In this document: piece after piece, positions 9,655 through 18,878 of the stretch
Layout: every line of letters begins with the position of its first letter
How positions within the stretch are numbered: position 1 is the stretch's first letter
Assembly (NCBI RefSeq): GCF_001897685.1
Contig: NZ_MKUG01000102.1
Location: forward strand, 7,937 to 71,936
Origin: Thiobacillus sp. 65-1402
GTDB taxonomy: Bacteria; Pseudomonadota; Gammaproteobacteria; Burkholderiales; Thiobacillaceae
Reading direction: 5' to 3'
DNA: 64,000 bases
The notes under the pieces: generated by a model
Told to the model about the DNA's origin: nothing
Databases searched by the model: none
What the model saw: the letters and a program-made list of their open reading frames with translations, nothing else
Translations under genes and position numbers: made by a program

Positions 9655-10935
9655 ATGCGCAATCTGATTTTCGGACATCTCGTCTATCTCTACACCCCAT
9701 TGGGCATCCTTGCCTGCCTCCTGGGCGTGCTCATGGGCGGGGACTGGGTTTGGCTGGGCGTGGGCATTTTCGGCCTGAACATCATGCTGGACACCCTGAG
9801 CTCGGCCTTCCACACCAAGGGTGCGGCCACCAACGCAAAAGGCCAGCCCGTGGGCTCGCCCGCCTTCCTCAACCTGATGATGTACGCCCAGCTGTTCAGC
9901 TTCATCGCCTTGCAGATCGCGCTCGCCTGGCGCGTGTTCCAGTACGCGTCCGGCGCCCCCGTCGAAACCATGACGTGGAACGGATACGAATACCAGAGCG
10001 GCCTCACCGGCCTGCAACTGATCGGCGCCACCCTCTCCGTGGGCATGCATCAGGGCCTAGGCATCATGTTCGGGCACGAGCTGTCCCACACCAAGGGCTT
10101 CAGCTTCCTCATCTCGCGCGCGATGATGGCGCTGTCGGGCGCCGCCCATTTCTGCTTCGCCCACGTCTACAACCATCATCTGGAACTGGGGCGTGCCTGG
10201 ATGGGACCCGAGGGCAACAAGATGGGGGATGACACCGACCCCGCCACCGCGCCCCGCGGCCGCAGCCTGTACAAGCACTTCGTGATTTCCCATATCGGCC
10301 AGTCCTACTTCGGCATCATGACCGAGAAGAAGCGCCTCAAGCGGATGGGTAAATCCTTCTTCTCGCTTTCCAATCGCTGGATCCGCGGCTATCTCCTGAG
10401 CCTGCCCACCGTGGCCCTGTTTCTCGGCGCCGGCTACCTGGCGGGAGGCGAGAACGGCCTGCTGATTGGCCTCGCCGTCATGCTGGTGGTGTGGGTGATC
10501 TCCAACTTCGAGCTCGAGGCCCTCAACTACATGGAGCACTACGGCCTGATCCGGGTCAAGGGCGAGCCCATCGAATACCGCCATTCCTGGGATAACGACA
10601 ATGCCTTCACCAGCTGGGCCTTCATCGAAATCGGCCGCCAGGCGGATCACCATGACCGCGGCGAAACCCATTTCTGGGAACTGACCAGCGTGGGCAATCC
10701 GTCCACCCCGAGCGGCGCCCCCAATGCCCGCATCGGCTACTACACCGAGTTCGTCCTGGCCCTGATTCCGCCCCTGTGGCACGCGGTCTACAAGAAGAAG
10801 CTGGCCATCTGGGACCGCGACTTCGCCAGCCCCGAGGAGCGCAAGATCGCCGCCGCGATCAATCGCAAGGTGGGCTACGAAGTGTCGCCCGAGGCGATCA
10901 GCGGCGAGAAGCTGGAAGTCAGCTACGCCATGTAA
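9655..10935 (+). CDS. Membrane diiron monooxygenase, XylM/AlkB family
   Basis: His boxes HELSH, AHVYNHH, NYMEHYG, QADHH; several TM segments; XylM-like C-terminus (LIPPLW..WDRDFASPEER); RBS AAGGAG. Confidence 0.85.
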   Translation: MRNLIFGHLVYLYTPLGILACLLGVLMGGDWVWLGVGIFGLNIMLDTLSSAFHTKGAATNAKGQPVGSPAFLNLMMYAQLFSFIALQIALAWRVFQYASGAPVETMTWNGYEYQSGLTGLQLIGATLSVGMHQGLGIMFGHELSHTKGFSFLISRAMMALSGAAHFCFAHVYNHHLELGRAWMGPEGNKMGDDTDPATAPRGRSLYKHFVISHIGQSYFGIMTEKKRLKRMGKSFFSLSNRWIRGYLLSLPTVALFLGAGYLAGGENGLLIGLAVMLVVWVISNFELEALNYMEHYGLIRVKGEPIEYRHSWDNDNAFTSWAFIEIGRQADHHDRGETHFWELTSVGNPSTPSGAPNARIGYYTEFVLALIPPLWHAVYKKKLAIWDRDFASPEERKIAAAINRKVGYEVSPEAISGEKLEVSYAM

Positions 10936-11007
10936 TCCCCCGCGCCGCCAGGCGCGACTTCGGGCGGCCGGAATGGTCCGGCTGCCCAGCCACCCAAGGA
11001 GATCGAG

Positions 11008-11400
11008 ATGAACGCACCCACCGAAACCGCCCTGCAACAGGACACCGCCACCCTCTACGAGCGCCTGGGCAGCCGCCCCGGAATCGAGGCCATCGTCGAG
11101 GACATCTGGAACAACCACGTGAGCAATCCGCTGGTCAACAAGCGCTACGCCAATAGCGACCCGGCCACGGTCAAGCGCCTGGTCACCGAAATGTGCTGCG
11201 CCGGGTTCGGCGGTCCCGAGACCTACACCGGCAGGGACATGCTCACCACCCACAAGGGCATGAACATCAACGACACCGAATTCGTGGCCGTCTGCGACGA
11301 CGTGCTCAAGGCCCTCGACAAGCACAACGTGGGCAAGCGGGAGCGCGACGAAATCCTGTGCATCCTCTACTCCCTCAAGGGCGACGTGGTTTATCAGTGA
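11008..11400 (+). CDS. Group I truncated hemoglobin
   Basis: LYERLG, GGPETYTGRDM, proximal His in THKGMNI. Confidence 0.85.
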   Translation: MNAPTETALQQDTATLYERLGSRPGIEAIVEDIWNNHVSNPLVNKRYANSDPATVKRLVTEMCCAGFGGPETYTGRDMLTTHKGMNINDTEFVAVCDDVLKALDKHNVGKRERDEILCILYSLKGDVVYQ

Positions 11401-11463
11401 GGCAACCCGGCATCGCCTGGCATGCAGCCGGGCGATGCCCACTTATGCAGAAGGAGTCGTGAC

Positions 11464-12528
11464 GTGTTCGGACTGTTCGCCCGCAAAGGGCCCTTTACCG
11501 CCAAGCTGTCGCCCAGTGGCAAGACTGTCGAGGTCAAGGCCGGCGACAACCTCCTCAAGGCCGCGCTGGACGCCGGCCTGCCCTGGCCCCACAACTGCCG
11601 CGTGGGTTCCTGCGGCCAGTGCCGCGCCCGCCTGGCCAGCGGCAAGATCAAACCCCTCAACGACTTCAGCTACGTCCTGGACGAGAAGGAACTGGATGCG
11701 GGCATGATCCTGGCCTGCCAGACCTGCCTGCGCAGCGACGTCGAGATCGAGGTGTGCATGGAGGAAAATCAGGCCCTGTCGCCCGCCAGAAGCGTGGTCG
11801 GCGGCATCGCCCTGTCGCGCCCCCTGACCCATGACATCCTCGAGATCCGGGTGCGCCTGGATGAACCGCTGCCCGCCTATCTGCCGGGCCAGTACGCCGA
11901 GCTTTCCATTCCCGGCGTGATCGAAAAGGCGCGTTCCTATTCCTTCGCAAGCGCGCCCGGGGATGCCCCCGTGGATCAGGTCAGCTTTTTCATTCGCCAT
12001 GTCCCTGGCGGACAGATGTCCTCCTGGCTGCACGAAACCAACCGCGAAGGCGCCAGGGTTGCCGTCAATGGCCCGTTCGGCAGCTTCTGGCTGCGCGAAT
12101 CGGAGGCGCCCATGCTGTGCATCGCCGGCGGCAGCGGCCTGGCGCCCGTCAAAGCCCTGCTGGAGCAGGTTTCCATGCAAGGATTCGGGCGCCGGGTAAC
12201 TTTCGTGTTCGGTGCCCGCACCCAGAACGACCTGTATTGCCTGGACGATATTCAACACATCAAGGCCAGGGGCAACGGCCATTTCAATTTCATCCCGGTA
12301 CTGTCGCAGGAGCCGGAGGACAGCGACTGGCAAGGCCTGCGCGGACGCTGCACTGACATTCTCCTGCCCGCGGTCCCCGATCTGGCCAGCAGCCACGCCT
12401 ACCTGTGCGGTCCGCCCGGCATGATCGACAGCGCCATAGCACGCCTTACCGAGGCTGGCGTGCGCAGCGAAAACATCTATTACGACAAATTCCTGGACGC
12501 CTCCCATATGCCTGGCGGCCGGGCCTGA
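11464..12528 (+). CDS. XylA-type 2Fe-2S ferredoxin:NAD(P)H reductase
   Basis: CRVGSCGQC...LACQ, RSYS, GGSGLAP, YLCGPPGM; GTG start after AAGGAG. Confidence 0.9.
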   Translation: MFGLFARKGPFTAKLSPSGKTVEVKAGDNLLKAALDAGLPWPHNCRVGSCGQCRARLASGKIKPLNDFSYVLDEKELDAGMILACQTCLRSDVEIEVCMEENQALSPARSVVGGIALSRPLTHDILEIRVRLDEPLPAYLPGQYAELSIPGVIEKARSYSFASAPGDAPVDQVSFFIRHVPGGQMSSWLHETNREGARVAVNGPFGSFWLRESEAPMLCIAGGSGLAPVKALLEQVSMQGFGRRVTFVFGARTQNDLYCLDDIQHIKARGNGHFNFIPVLSQEPEDSDWQGLRGRCTDILLPAVPDLASSHAYLCGPPGMIDSAIARLTEAGVRSENIYYDKFLDASHMPGGRA

Positions 12529-12741
12529 GCGCCACGCGCGGCCGGACCCGTGGCCGGCCGTGCGTGGATTCCCTGCCCGCGGCAGGTAGTTTCCCGAATG
12601 GCAGTTTTTCCACCGAAGTCCACAATGAAGCCTTCTTCCAGCGCTTCTTTCCGTGCCGGTTTCGACGGATGAAGTGATTGTCTGTTTTGCTTTGACGGGC
12701 CACGTCTCTTCGTATATCTCCTCCCGGCCCGTTAAATTTTG

Positions 12742-12770
12742 GCGGGCCCATTCCGGGCCCGCATTTTTTT
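12742..12770 (+). terminator. Rho-independent terminator
   Basis: GCGGGCCC-attcc-GGGCCCGC followed by A and T7. Confidence 0.8.
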
Positions 12771-12864
12771 GTCGCCGCGCGGAATAGCTATCGAAAGCGT
12801 CGCAGGCCTGCATCGCGGGCGGCATTCGAATGCGTAGCCGTGTTCCCGGGTTGCGGCCGCGCCG

Positions 12865-13257
12865 TCACGTCCGCACCTGAGTCACGTCGAAGCCAGCGCT
12901 CTTCCAGGCCTCGATCCCGCCCTCCAGAGAGGCCACGTTAAGGTAGCCCAGCTGTTTCAGGGTATGGGCGGCGAATGCGCTGCGCCCGCCTGTCTTGCAG
13001 TACACCAGGATTTCCAGCTGGCGATCGAGCAGCGTTTTCTCGCAGGCCGGATAGCCCGGGTCGACCTTGAATTCAAGCACGCCGCGCGGAATGTTGCAGG
13101 CGTTGCCAATGCACCCCTCGCCGAATTCCGCAGGCTCGCGCACGTCCAGAAGGATGATGCCTTTTCGCGCCGCCAGTGCGCGCGCGGCGGTAGGGGCATC
13201 CCATTCGGTGATCTGGGATCTTGCCTGGGCGATGAGGTCTTGCGTGGTAAAGCTCAT
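12865..13257 (-). CDS. Single-domain rhodanese (sulfurtransferase)
   Basis: LLDVREPAEF, active loop YCKTGGRS, LEGGIEAW; RBS AGGAG. Confidence 0.85.
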   Translation of the reverse strand: MSFTTQDLIAQARSQITEWDAPTAARALAARKGIILLDVREPAEFGEGCIGNACNIPRGVLEFKVDPGYPACEKTLLDRQLEILVYCKTGGRSAFAAHTLKQLGYLNVASLEGGIEAWKSAGFDVTQVRT

Positions 13258-13288
13258 GTGGGGTCTCCTGTAAATGAAAAACCGGCCT

Positions 13289-13684
13289 TCATGCTGCCAG
13301 GCCGATGTGTTTGCGATAACCGCCGGCCTCCAGCAGATGGCCGGTTTCCGCCGCTGCGGCCAGGCGGATGCGCAACACCCAGCCCTCGCCATAGGGGTCG
13401 CTGTTGACCAGTCCGGGCTCTCCGCGCAGGCGCGGATTGACCGCCAGCACGCTGCCGTCGACGGGTGCGATCATGTCGGACACGGCCTTGTGGGATTCGA
13501 TGGTCCCGAGGGGAGTGTCCTGGCGAATGGCAGCGCCCACCCGGGGCAGGTCCAGGAATACGACCTCACCCAGGCTTTGCTGCGCGAAATGATTGATCCC
13601 CACCAGGGCTTCGTCCCCTTCCTGGCGCTGCAGCCAGAGGGCGTCAAGATGATACAGGCGGTCTTCAGGGTAATGTGCTGACAT
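13289..13684 (-). CDS. GcvH-like lipoyl carrier protein
   Basis: VGINHFAQQSLG, lipoyl-Lys motif IESHKAVS, VNSDPYGEGW. Confidence 0.9.
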   Translation of the reverse strand: MSAHYPEDRLYHLDALWLQRQEGDEALVGINHFAQQSLGEVVFLDLPRVGAAIRQDTPLGTIESHKAVSDMIAPVDGSVLAVNPRLRGEPGLVNSDPYGEGWVLRIRLAAAAETGHLLEAGGYRKHIGLAA

Positions 13685-15080
13685 GATGGGTCTTCTCGCG
13701 TTTCATGGGTTTGTGCACGGCCTGGCCTAGCGCATCCTCGGCGGCTTCCAGCAGCGCTTCCGACAGAGTGGGATGGGCGTGCACGGTTTGGGTGATGGCA
13801 TGCACGGTGGCGCCCTGGCGGATCAGCACCGCAGCCTCGTGCACCATGTCGGACGCGTGTGCGCCGACGATGTGGACACCGAGCAGGCGCCCGCTGACGC
13901 GGTCCGCCACCACCTTGGCCAGGCCGGTCAATTCGCCCATGGCCTGGGCCTTGCCGAGGCAGCGCAGGTCGAAGCGGCCGCAACTGACGATATGGCCTTT
14001 TTCGACGGCATCCCGTTCGGTGAGGCCGACGCATCCGATCTCCGGCATGGTGAACACGGCCCACGGGATGGCTGCTTCGTCGAGCGGCGTGGGATCCAGC
14101 CCCAGCGCGTGATCCACCGCCAGACGCGCCTGCGCCGAGGCGGCGTGGGCCAGTGCGAGGCGGCCGTTGACGTCGCCCACCGCATAAAGCCCCGCCAGGT
14201 TGGTGCGCATCAGGCTGTCGGTCATGATCTCGCCGCGCTGGCCCACGGCCACACCGGCCTCTTCCAGGCCAAGTCCCGAGCTTTGGGGGCGCCGCCCGAC
14301 AGCCACCAGGGCGCGTTCGGCGGTGGCCACCAGCTGGCCGTCGGCATAGGCGGCGACGCCGCCCGGCGTGGTTTCAAGCCGTTCCACCAGGCAACCGCCG
14401 ATGAATTCGATGCCGAGCTTGCGCATTTCCCGCTGCACGACGCTGGCGATATCCTGATCCAGGAAAGGCAGCGGACGCTCGCCCATGGCGGTGAGGGTCA
14501 CCTGCACGCCCAGGGCGTGCATGATGAAGGCGAATTCGCAGGCCACCACGCCATCGCCGACGATGAGCAGGGAGCTCGGGAGAGCGTCCCATTTCAGCAG
14601 GTCGTCGCTGGTGGCGATGCGTTCGCCATCGACCTGGAAACTTGCCGGCCGGATGGGGCTGGAGCCGGTGCAGATCAGCACGGCGTCGGCTTCGACCATG
14701 CCGTGCCCCGGCACCTCGACGCGCCGGCCGTCGATCATGTAGCCGCGCCCCTGGATATGCGCCACTTTGCGATCCGCCATGAGGCCATCGATGCCGCGAT
14801 TGAGCAGGCCGATAACCTGCCCGGCCTTGGCGCGCATCGCCGGCCAGTCAGCCTCGATGCTGCCGTTGAGGCGCAGCCCGTAGGTTTCCGCGCGACGCAT
14901 CTTTTCAAGGAGATTGCAGACCTCGACCAGGGTCTTGGTGGGAATGCAGCCGCGATGCAGGCAGGTGCCGCCCAGGGAATGCGGGTCGATCAGGGTGACG
15001 TTCGCACCTTCCGCCGCGGCGTGGGAAGCGGCGACGTAGCCTGCGGGACCGCCGCCGATAATGGCGATGTGTTTGGGCAT
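13665..15080 (-). CDS. lpdA: Dihydrolipoamide dehydrogenase
   Basis: GGGPAGY, GGTCLHRGCIP redox disulfide, HAHPTLSE. Confidence 0.9.
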   Translation of the reverse strand: MPKHIAIIGGGPAGYVAASHAAAEGANVTLIDPHSLGGTCLHRGCIPTKTLVEVCNLLEKMRRAETYGLRLNGSIEADWPAMRAKAGQVIGLLNRGIDGLMADRKVAHIQGRGYMIDGRRVEVPGHGMVEADAVLICTGSSPIRPASFQVDGERIATSDDLLKWDALPSSLLIVGDGVVACEFAFIMHALGVQVTLTAMGERPLPFLDQDIASVVQREMRKLGIEFIGGCLVERLETTPGGVAAYADGQLVATAERALVAVGRRPQSSGLGLEEAGVAVGQRGEIMTDSLMRTNLAGLYAVGDVNGRLALAHAASAQARLAVDHALGLDPTPLDEAAIPWAVFTMPEIGCVGLTERDAVEKGHIVSCGRFDLRCLGKAQAMGELTGLAKVVADRVSGRLLGVHIVGAHASDMVHEAAVLIRQGATVHAITQTVHAHPTLSEALLEAAEDALGQAVHKPMKREKTHHVSTLP

Positions 15081-15140
15081 GGTGTGTCTCCTGTGTCCGT
15101 CCGCCCGCCCGGAGGCGCCGAACGAACACCTGTTTTCAGG

Positions 15141-15683
15141 TCAGGCCGAAAGCGCCTCGGCCTCCACCAGCTTGCCGTTGAGGGTGACCTGGCCGCTGAC
15201 CTCGATGGCGCGCATCAGGCTATCCATCACCGGGCAGTGGCTTTCCACGGTCTGCACCAGTTTCATGAGCGTTTCGGTGTCGGCCGGGCTATTCACCTCG
15301 GTCTCGAAAATGATTTTCTGATAGCCCGGGGGGATGGCCCCATCCATGCCGAACAGGCCGCGCAGGTCGAGATAGCCGCGCAGATTGACCTTGACGCTAT
15401 TGAGCTTGACGCCCATGACCGAAGCGTAGGCGCTGTACATGATTTCCTGGCATGCGCCCAGCGCGACCAGCAGCAGTTCCACCGGATTGGGTGCGGCGTC
15501 GGCCCCTCCCAGCTCGGGCGGCTCGTCGACGATGATGGTCGGAAAGTCGCGCACCCTGGCGCTGCAGCGCACGTCCTCTTCCAGTCGGGTATCGGCACGG
15601 AATACCACCTTGGCGGCGCCGGGGTTGCCCTGGATGCCGGCGATGGCCTGCATCAGGGCGGCTTTGACGGTTTCTTGCGACAT
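15141..15683 (-). CDS. OsmC/Ohr-family two-Cys protein
   Basis: DEPPELGG, PNPVELLLVALGAC, HCPV. Confidence 0.85.
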   Translation of the reverse strand: MSQETVKAALMQAIAGIQGNPGAAKVVFRADTRLEEDVRCSARVRDFPTIIVDEPPELGGADAAPNPVELLLVALGACQEIMYSAYASVMGVKLNSVKVNLRGYLDLRGLFGMDGAIPPGYQKIIFETEVNSPADTETLMKLVQTVESHCPVMDSLMRAIEVSGQVTLNGKLVEAEALSA

Positions 15684-15930
15684 GGTCAGTTTCCTCTCGT
15701 GTGTGGGGGGATCGGCGGCGCGCGACAGTGCATGCCGTTGACTGCATTAAATGGGATTGCGGCGATGAAAATAAGTCGGACGAGCGAGCATCCGGATGAG
15801 TAGATTCCCTTAATCCGGATTGGGTATGCAGGCGGAAACCGCCCGGCACGCGCCGCAAGGCTGCCTGTCCCTGACGGCACAGCCAGCCTTCCCGGGCAAA
15901 ATGGCACGGACCGCGGCGGGCAGGTCGGTC

Positions 15931-16569
15931 TCAGGAAACCGGGCTGGCCTCGCTCGCCGCCGGCGTTTCCATGCGCATCCATACCTGCACCAGCTCGGGC
16001 AGGGAATTCACACGCATCTTGAACATGACGTTGGCGCGGTACACCTCGATGGTCTTCGGGCTCAGGCCCAGTTTGATGGCAATCACCTTGTTGGCCTTGC
16101 CGGCCACCACGTGCGCGGCGACTTCCCGCTCACGCGGGGTCAATTGCCGGTAGTTGGCCTGGATCCGGGCCAGCTCGCCGTGGCTGTGGCGGCGTTGCCG
16201 GCACAGTTCCAGGGCCAGCTGGATGCGATCGAGCAAGGCCTGGTCGTTGTAAGGCTTCTGCAGGAAATCGATAGCGCCGGCTTTCATCGCACGCACCGCC
16301 ATGGGCACGTCGCCGTGACCGGTGACGATGATGACCGGCAGGCACCAGTCGCGCTCCAGCAGGTGACTCTGCAACTCCAGGCCGCTCATACCGGGTATGC
16401 GCACATCCAGCACCAGGCAGCCGGGGGAGGCGCCGTCGTAGACATTGAGAAATTCACGTGCCGAGGAATAGCCGCACACCCGATGGCCGACCGACTCCAG
16501 CAACCAGCGCAGCGATTCGCGCGCGGCCTGATCGTCGTCGATCACGAAAACGGTTTGCTGTTCAGCCAT
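15931..16569 (-). CDS. FixJ/LuxR-family response regulator
   Basis: VIDDD, LDVRIPG, FLQKPY, LTPREREV HTH. Confidence 0.9.
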   Translation of the reverse strand: MAEQQTVFVIDDDQAARESLRWLLESVGHRVCGYSSAREFLNVYDGASPGCLVLDVRIPGMSGLELQSHLLERDWCLPVIIVTGHGDVPMAVRAMKAGAIDFLQKPYNDQALLDRIQLALELCRQRRHSHGELARIQANYRQLTPREREVAAHVVAGKANKVIAIKLGLSPKTIEVYRANVMFKMRVNSLPELVQVWMRMETPAASEASPVS

Positions 16570-17839
16570 CTATTTCCTCCTCGTCAGCCAGGCACAGGGT
16601 GAAGCGGAACGTAAGGCCATCGCCGTTCGGGTTGGGCAAGGGAATCAGGGCACCGCCATGGGCCTCGACGATGGAGCGGCAGATCGGCAGGCCCATGCCC
16701 ATGCCCGCCGACTTGGTGGTGAAGAACGGCTCGAAAATCCGGTTCTGCATTTCGCGCGGCAGCCCGGAGCCGGTATCGCGCACCTCCACCACCGCCTTCC
16801 CCTCCGCCACGTAGGTGCGCAGCGTGAGATAGCGTCGTCCGGGCGGCACATCACCCATCGCCTCGATTGCGTTGCGCACCAGATTGAGCACGACCTGCTC
16901 GATCTGGATGGCGTGGCCCAGCACGTGCGGCATGCCGGGTGCCAGATTCAGCCTGATGTCGACCTGGTGCAGCTTCACTTCCGGCCCGGCAATCAGCATG
17001 GCTTCGCGCACGATGGCATGCAGATCCTGCGGCTGGCGAGGGCTGTCCTCCTTGTTCACGAAACGGCGCAGGCTGCTGATAATGCCGCCGGCGCGCTCGG
17101 CCTGCTGGCAGACCTGCTCGATGGCCTGGGTCAGGTCTTCCACCGTGCCGCCGCCGGAACGGATGCGCCGCAGGCAGCCGCGCGAGTAGTTGGCAATGGC
17201 GGCAAGCGGCTGGTTCAGCTCGTGCGCCAGCCCGGAAGCCATCTCGCCCATCGTGTTGACGCGCGCCGCATGGGCCAGCTCGCGGTAATGCAGGCGCACC
17301 TCGTCCTCGGCGTGCTTGCGCGCGGTGATGTCGCGCGTGATGCCAAGCAGCGCGATCACGTTGCCGCGTCCGTCGCGCAGCGGCACGGCGTGGGTTTCCA
17401 TCCAGCGTCGGCGGCCTTTCAGGCTGACGATCTGGAACTCCATGACGCCGGATTCGCCGGCAAATATCCGTTCGGTGAGCGCGCGGTATTCGTCGCGGAA
17501 TTCCGGCGCGACCATGTCGTAGACCGAGGTGCCGATGATGTCGCCCGGCTGGCCGGCTTCGAGCAGCGCCAGTCCGGCCGGATTCATTTCCAGCAGGATG
17601 CCGTCGAGGGTTTGCAGCTTCACGCATTCCGGCTCCGAGGCGATGATCTGGCGCAGCCGGTTTTCGTTTTCCGCCAGCTTTTCTTCGGCCCGGCAGCGTT
17701 CACCGATTTCGTTTTCCAGCACCCGCTTGGAATGGCGCAAGCGCAGGTTGAGGCGGGTAACGTACAGTATCAGGCCCGCCATCAGCGTGAGAACGGTCGA
17801 TAGCAGTGCCCAGGCAAACGGATTAGCGGGGTAATCCAA
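16562..17839 (-). CDS. PAS sensor histidine kinase with one N-terminal TM helix
   Basis: GLAHELNQPL, NLVRNA, FEPFFTTK, GMGLPIC; TTG start uncertain. Confidence 0.85.
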   Translation of the reverse strand: MDYPANPFAWALLSTVLTLMAGLILYVTRLNLRLRHSKRVLENEIGERCRAEEKLAENENRLRQIIASEPECVKLQTLDGILLEMNPAGLALLEAGQPGDIIGTSVYDMVAPEFRDEYRALTERIFAGESGVMEFQIVSLKGRRRWMETHAVPLRDGRGNVIALLGITRDITARKHAEDEVRLHYRELAHAARVNTMGEMASGLAHELNQPLAAIANYSRGCLRRIRSGGGTVEDLTQAIEQVCQQAERAGGIISSLRRFVNKEDSPRQPQDLHAIVREAMLIAGPEVKLHQVDIRLNLAPGMPHVLGHAIQIEQVVLNLVRNAIEAMGDVPPGRRYLTLRTYVAEGKAVVEVRDTGSGLPREMQNRIFEPFFTTKSAGMGMGLPICRSIVEAHGGALIPLPNPNGDGLTFRFTLCLADEEEIDG

Positions 17840-17923
17840 ATGAATCGCTCCGGTCGGATCGGGTCATTCCGGAACTGTTTGGCCTGAAGCTACCGACAGC
17901 TATCCGGACGAATAACCTTATCA

Positions 17924-17940
17924 AGCAACAATCGAACCAA
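17924..17940 (-). promoter_or_regulatory. sigma54 -24/-12 promoter
   Basis: Minus strand TTGGTTCGATTGTTGCT (GG-N10-GC) upstream of the kinase. Confidence 0.6.
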
Positions 17941-18004
17941 TTTGCATGGCATGCCGAAAAGACCGGCCGGCACTGGATTCCGTCCCGGTTGGGCGGCCGC
18001 GATC

Positions 18005-18042
18005 TGTCCCGCGCTCAGGACAAGCGGATGACACTCTGTCAT
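18005..18042. promoter_or_regulatory. Putative enhancer (UAS) for sigma54 activator
   Basis: TGTCCC..AGGACA and ATGACA-ctc-TGTCAT, ~70-100 bp from the promoter. Confidence 0.5.
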
Positions 18043-18188
18043 GCGGCCCCGCCGTCATTCCCCAGGGCGCGCGGATCGCCGGTTGGGCGCAGGCGTCCTG
18101 CCGGAATGAACGGGCCGTTTCCCTTGCACCTCTTCGGGGATCGGTTGCGCGCGCACCCGCCGTCCTCTCCAGTGCGGGCGCAGACGCC

Positions 18189-18788
18189 TCAGAAATGCCG
18201 TCCTACCGCCAGGCCGATCAGCAGCGGATCGAGCTTGAGGGTCTCGATCTTGGCGCCGCCGCCGCCCGGCCGCACGTCGGTTTCCAGGTAAAACTTCTTC
18301 ACATCGAAATTGATGAAATAGTCCTTGTTCACGGCGTAATCGAACCCGGCCTGCAACACCGCTCCGGTATCCGCGGGAAACCCGCGCAAGCCGTCGAACG
18401 CCGGCCCGCTCTTGTCGAAGAACACGGTGTGATGGATGCCGGCGCCGACATAGGGGCTGAAATCCGACTTCGGCATGAAATGGTATTGCAGCATCAGGTG
18501 GAACGGCGCCATGCTTGCCTTGCCCAGCGTCGCGCCGCCGGCGCTGAAGGTATGGCGCGTGATCCCGGCAGCGGTGTTCAGCGCCAGGTTTTCGTTCAGG
18601 TAATAAGTCAGGTTCAGGATCGGCTTGGTCTCGTTGGTGGCATCCGCCCCGACCACAGGCGATTCGACGTCGGGACGGATGTTGACCAGCCCAAGGCTCA
18701 CATCGAGCCGGTTGTCGGCATGCGCCAGCGTGGCGAACGCCGCCAGCAGCACACCTGTCAGCGCAGTGCGGGGAAAAGATTTGTTCAT
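18189..18788 (-). CDS. OmpW/AlkL-family outer membrane protein
   Basis: Signal peptide, LMLQYHF..FSPYVGAG, QAGFDY, C-terminal Phe. Confidence 0.85.
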   Translation of the reverse strand: MNKSFPRTALTGVLLAAFATLAHADNRLDVSLGLVNIRPDVESPVVGADATNETKPILNLTYYLNENLALNTAAGITRHTFSAGGATLGKASMAPFHLMLQYHFMPKSDFSPYVGAGIHHTVFFDKSGPAFDGLRGFPADTGAVLQAGFDYAVNKDYFINFDVKKFYLETDVRPGGGGAKIETLKLDPLLIGLAVGRHF

Positions 18789-18878
18789 TGCGTCTCCTTA
18801 TGGTTTATGATCCCGCGCGTCGCGCGAGGGGCCAGGCATCCATTACAGAGGCACGCCGGAGCGCCGTAAATTGGCATC

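Noticed and set aside
9655-12528. Ordinary alkane or xylene degradation operon
   Set aside because: Not excluded, but no rubredoxin, alcohol/aldehyde dehydrogenase or ring-cleavage genes are in the window and the context is C1/sulfur, so no alkB/xylM symbol was assigned
13289-13684. LbpA of the sHdr sulfur-oxidation system
   Set aside because: Lacks the conserved LbpA cysteines and no shdr or lipoylation genes are in the window; called GcvH-like
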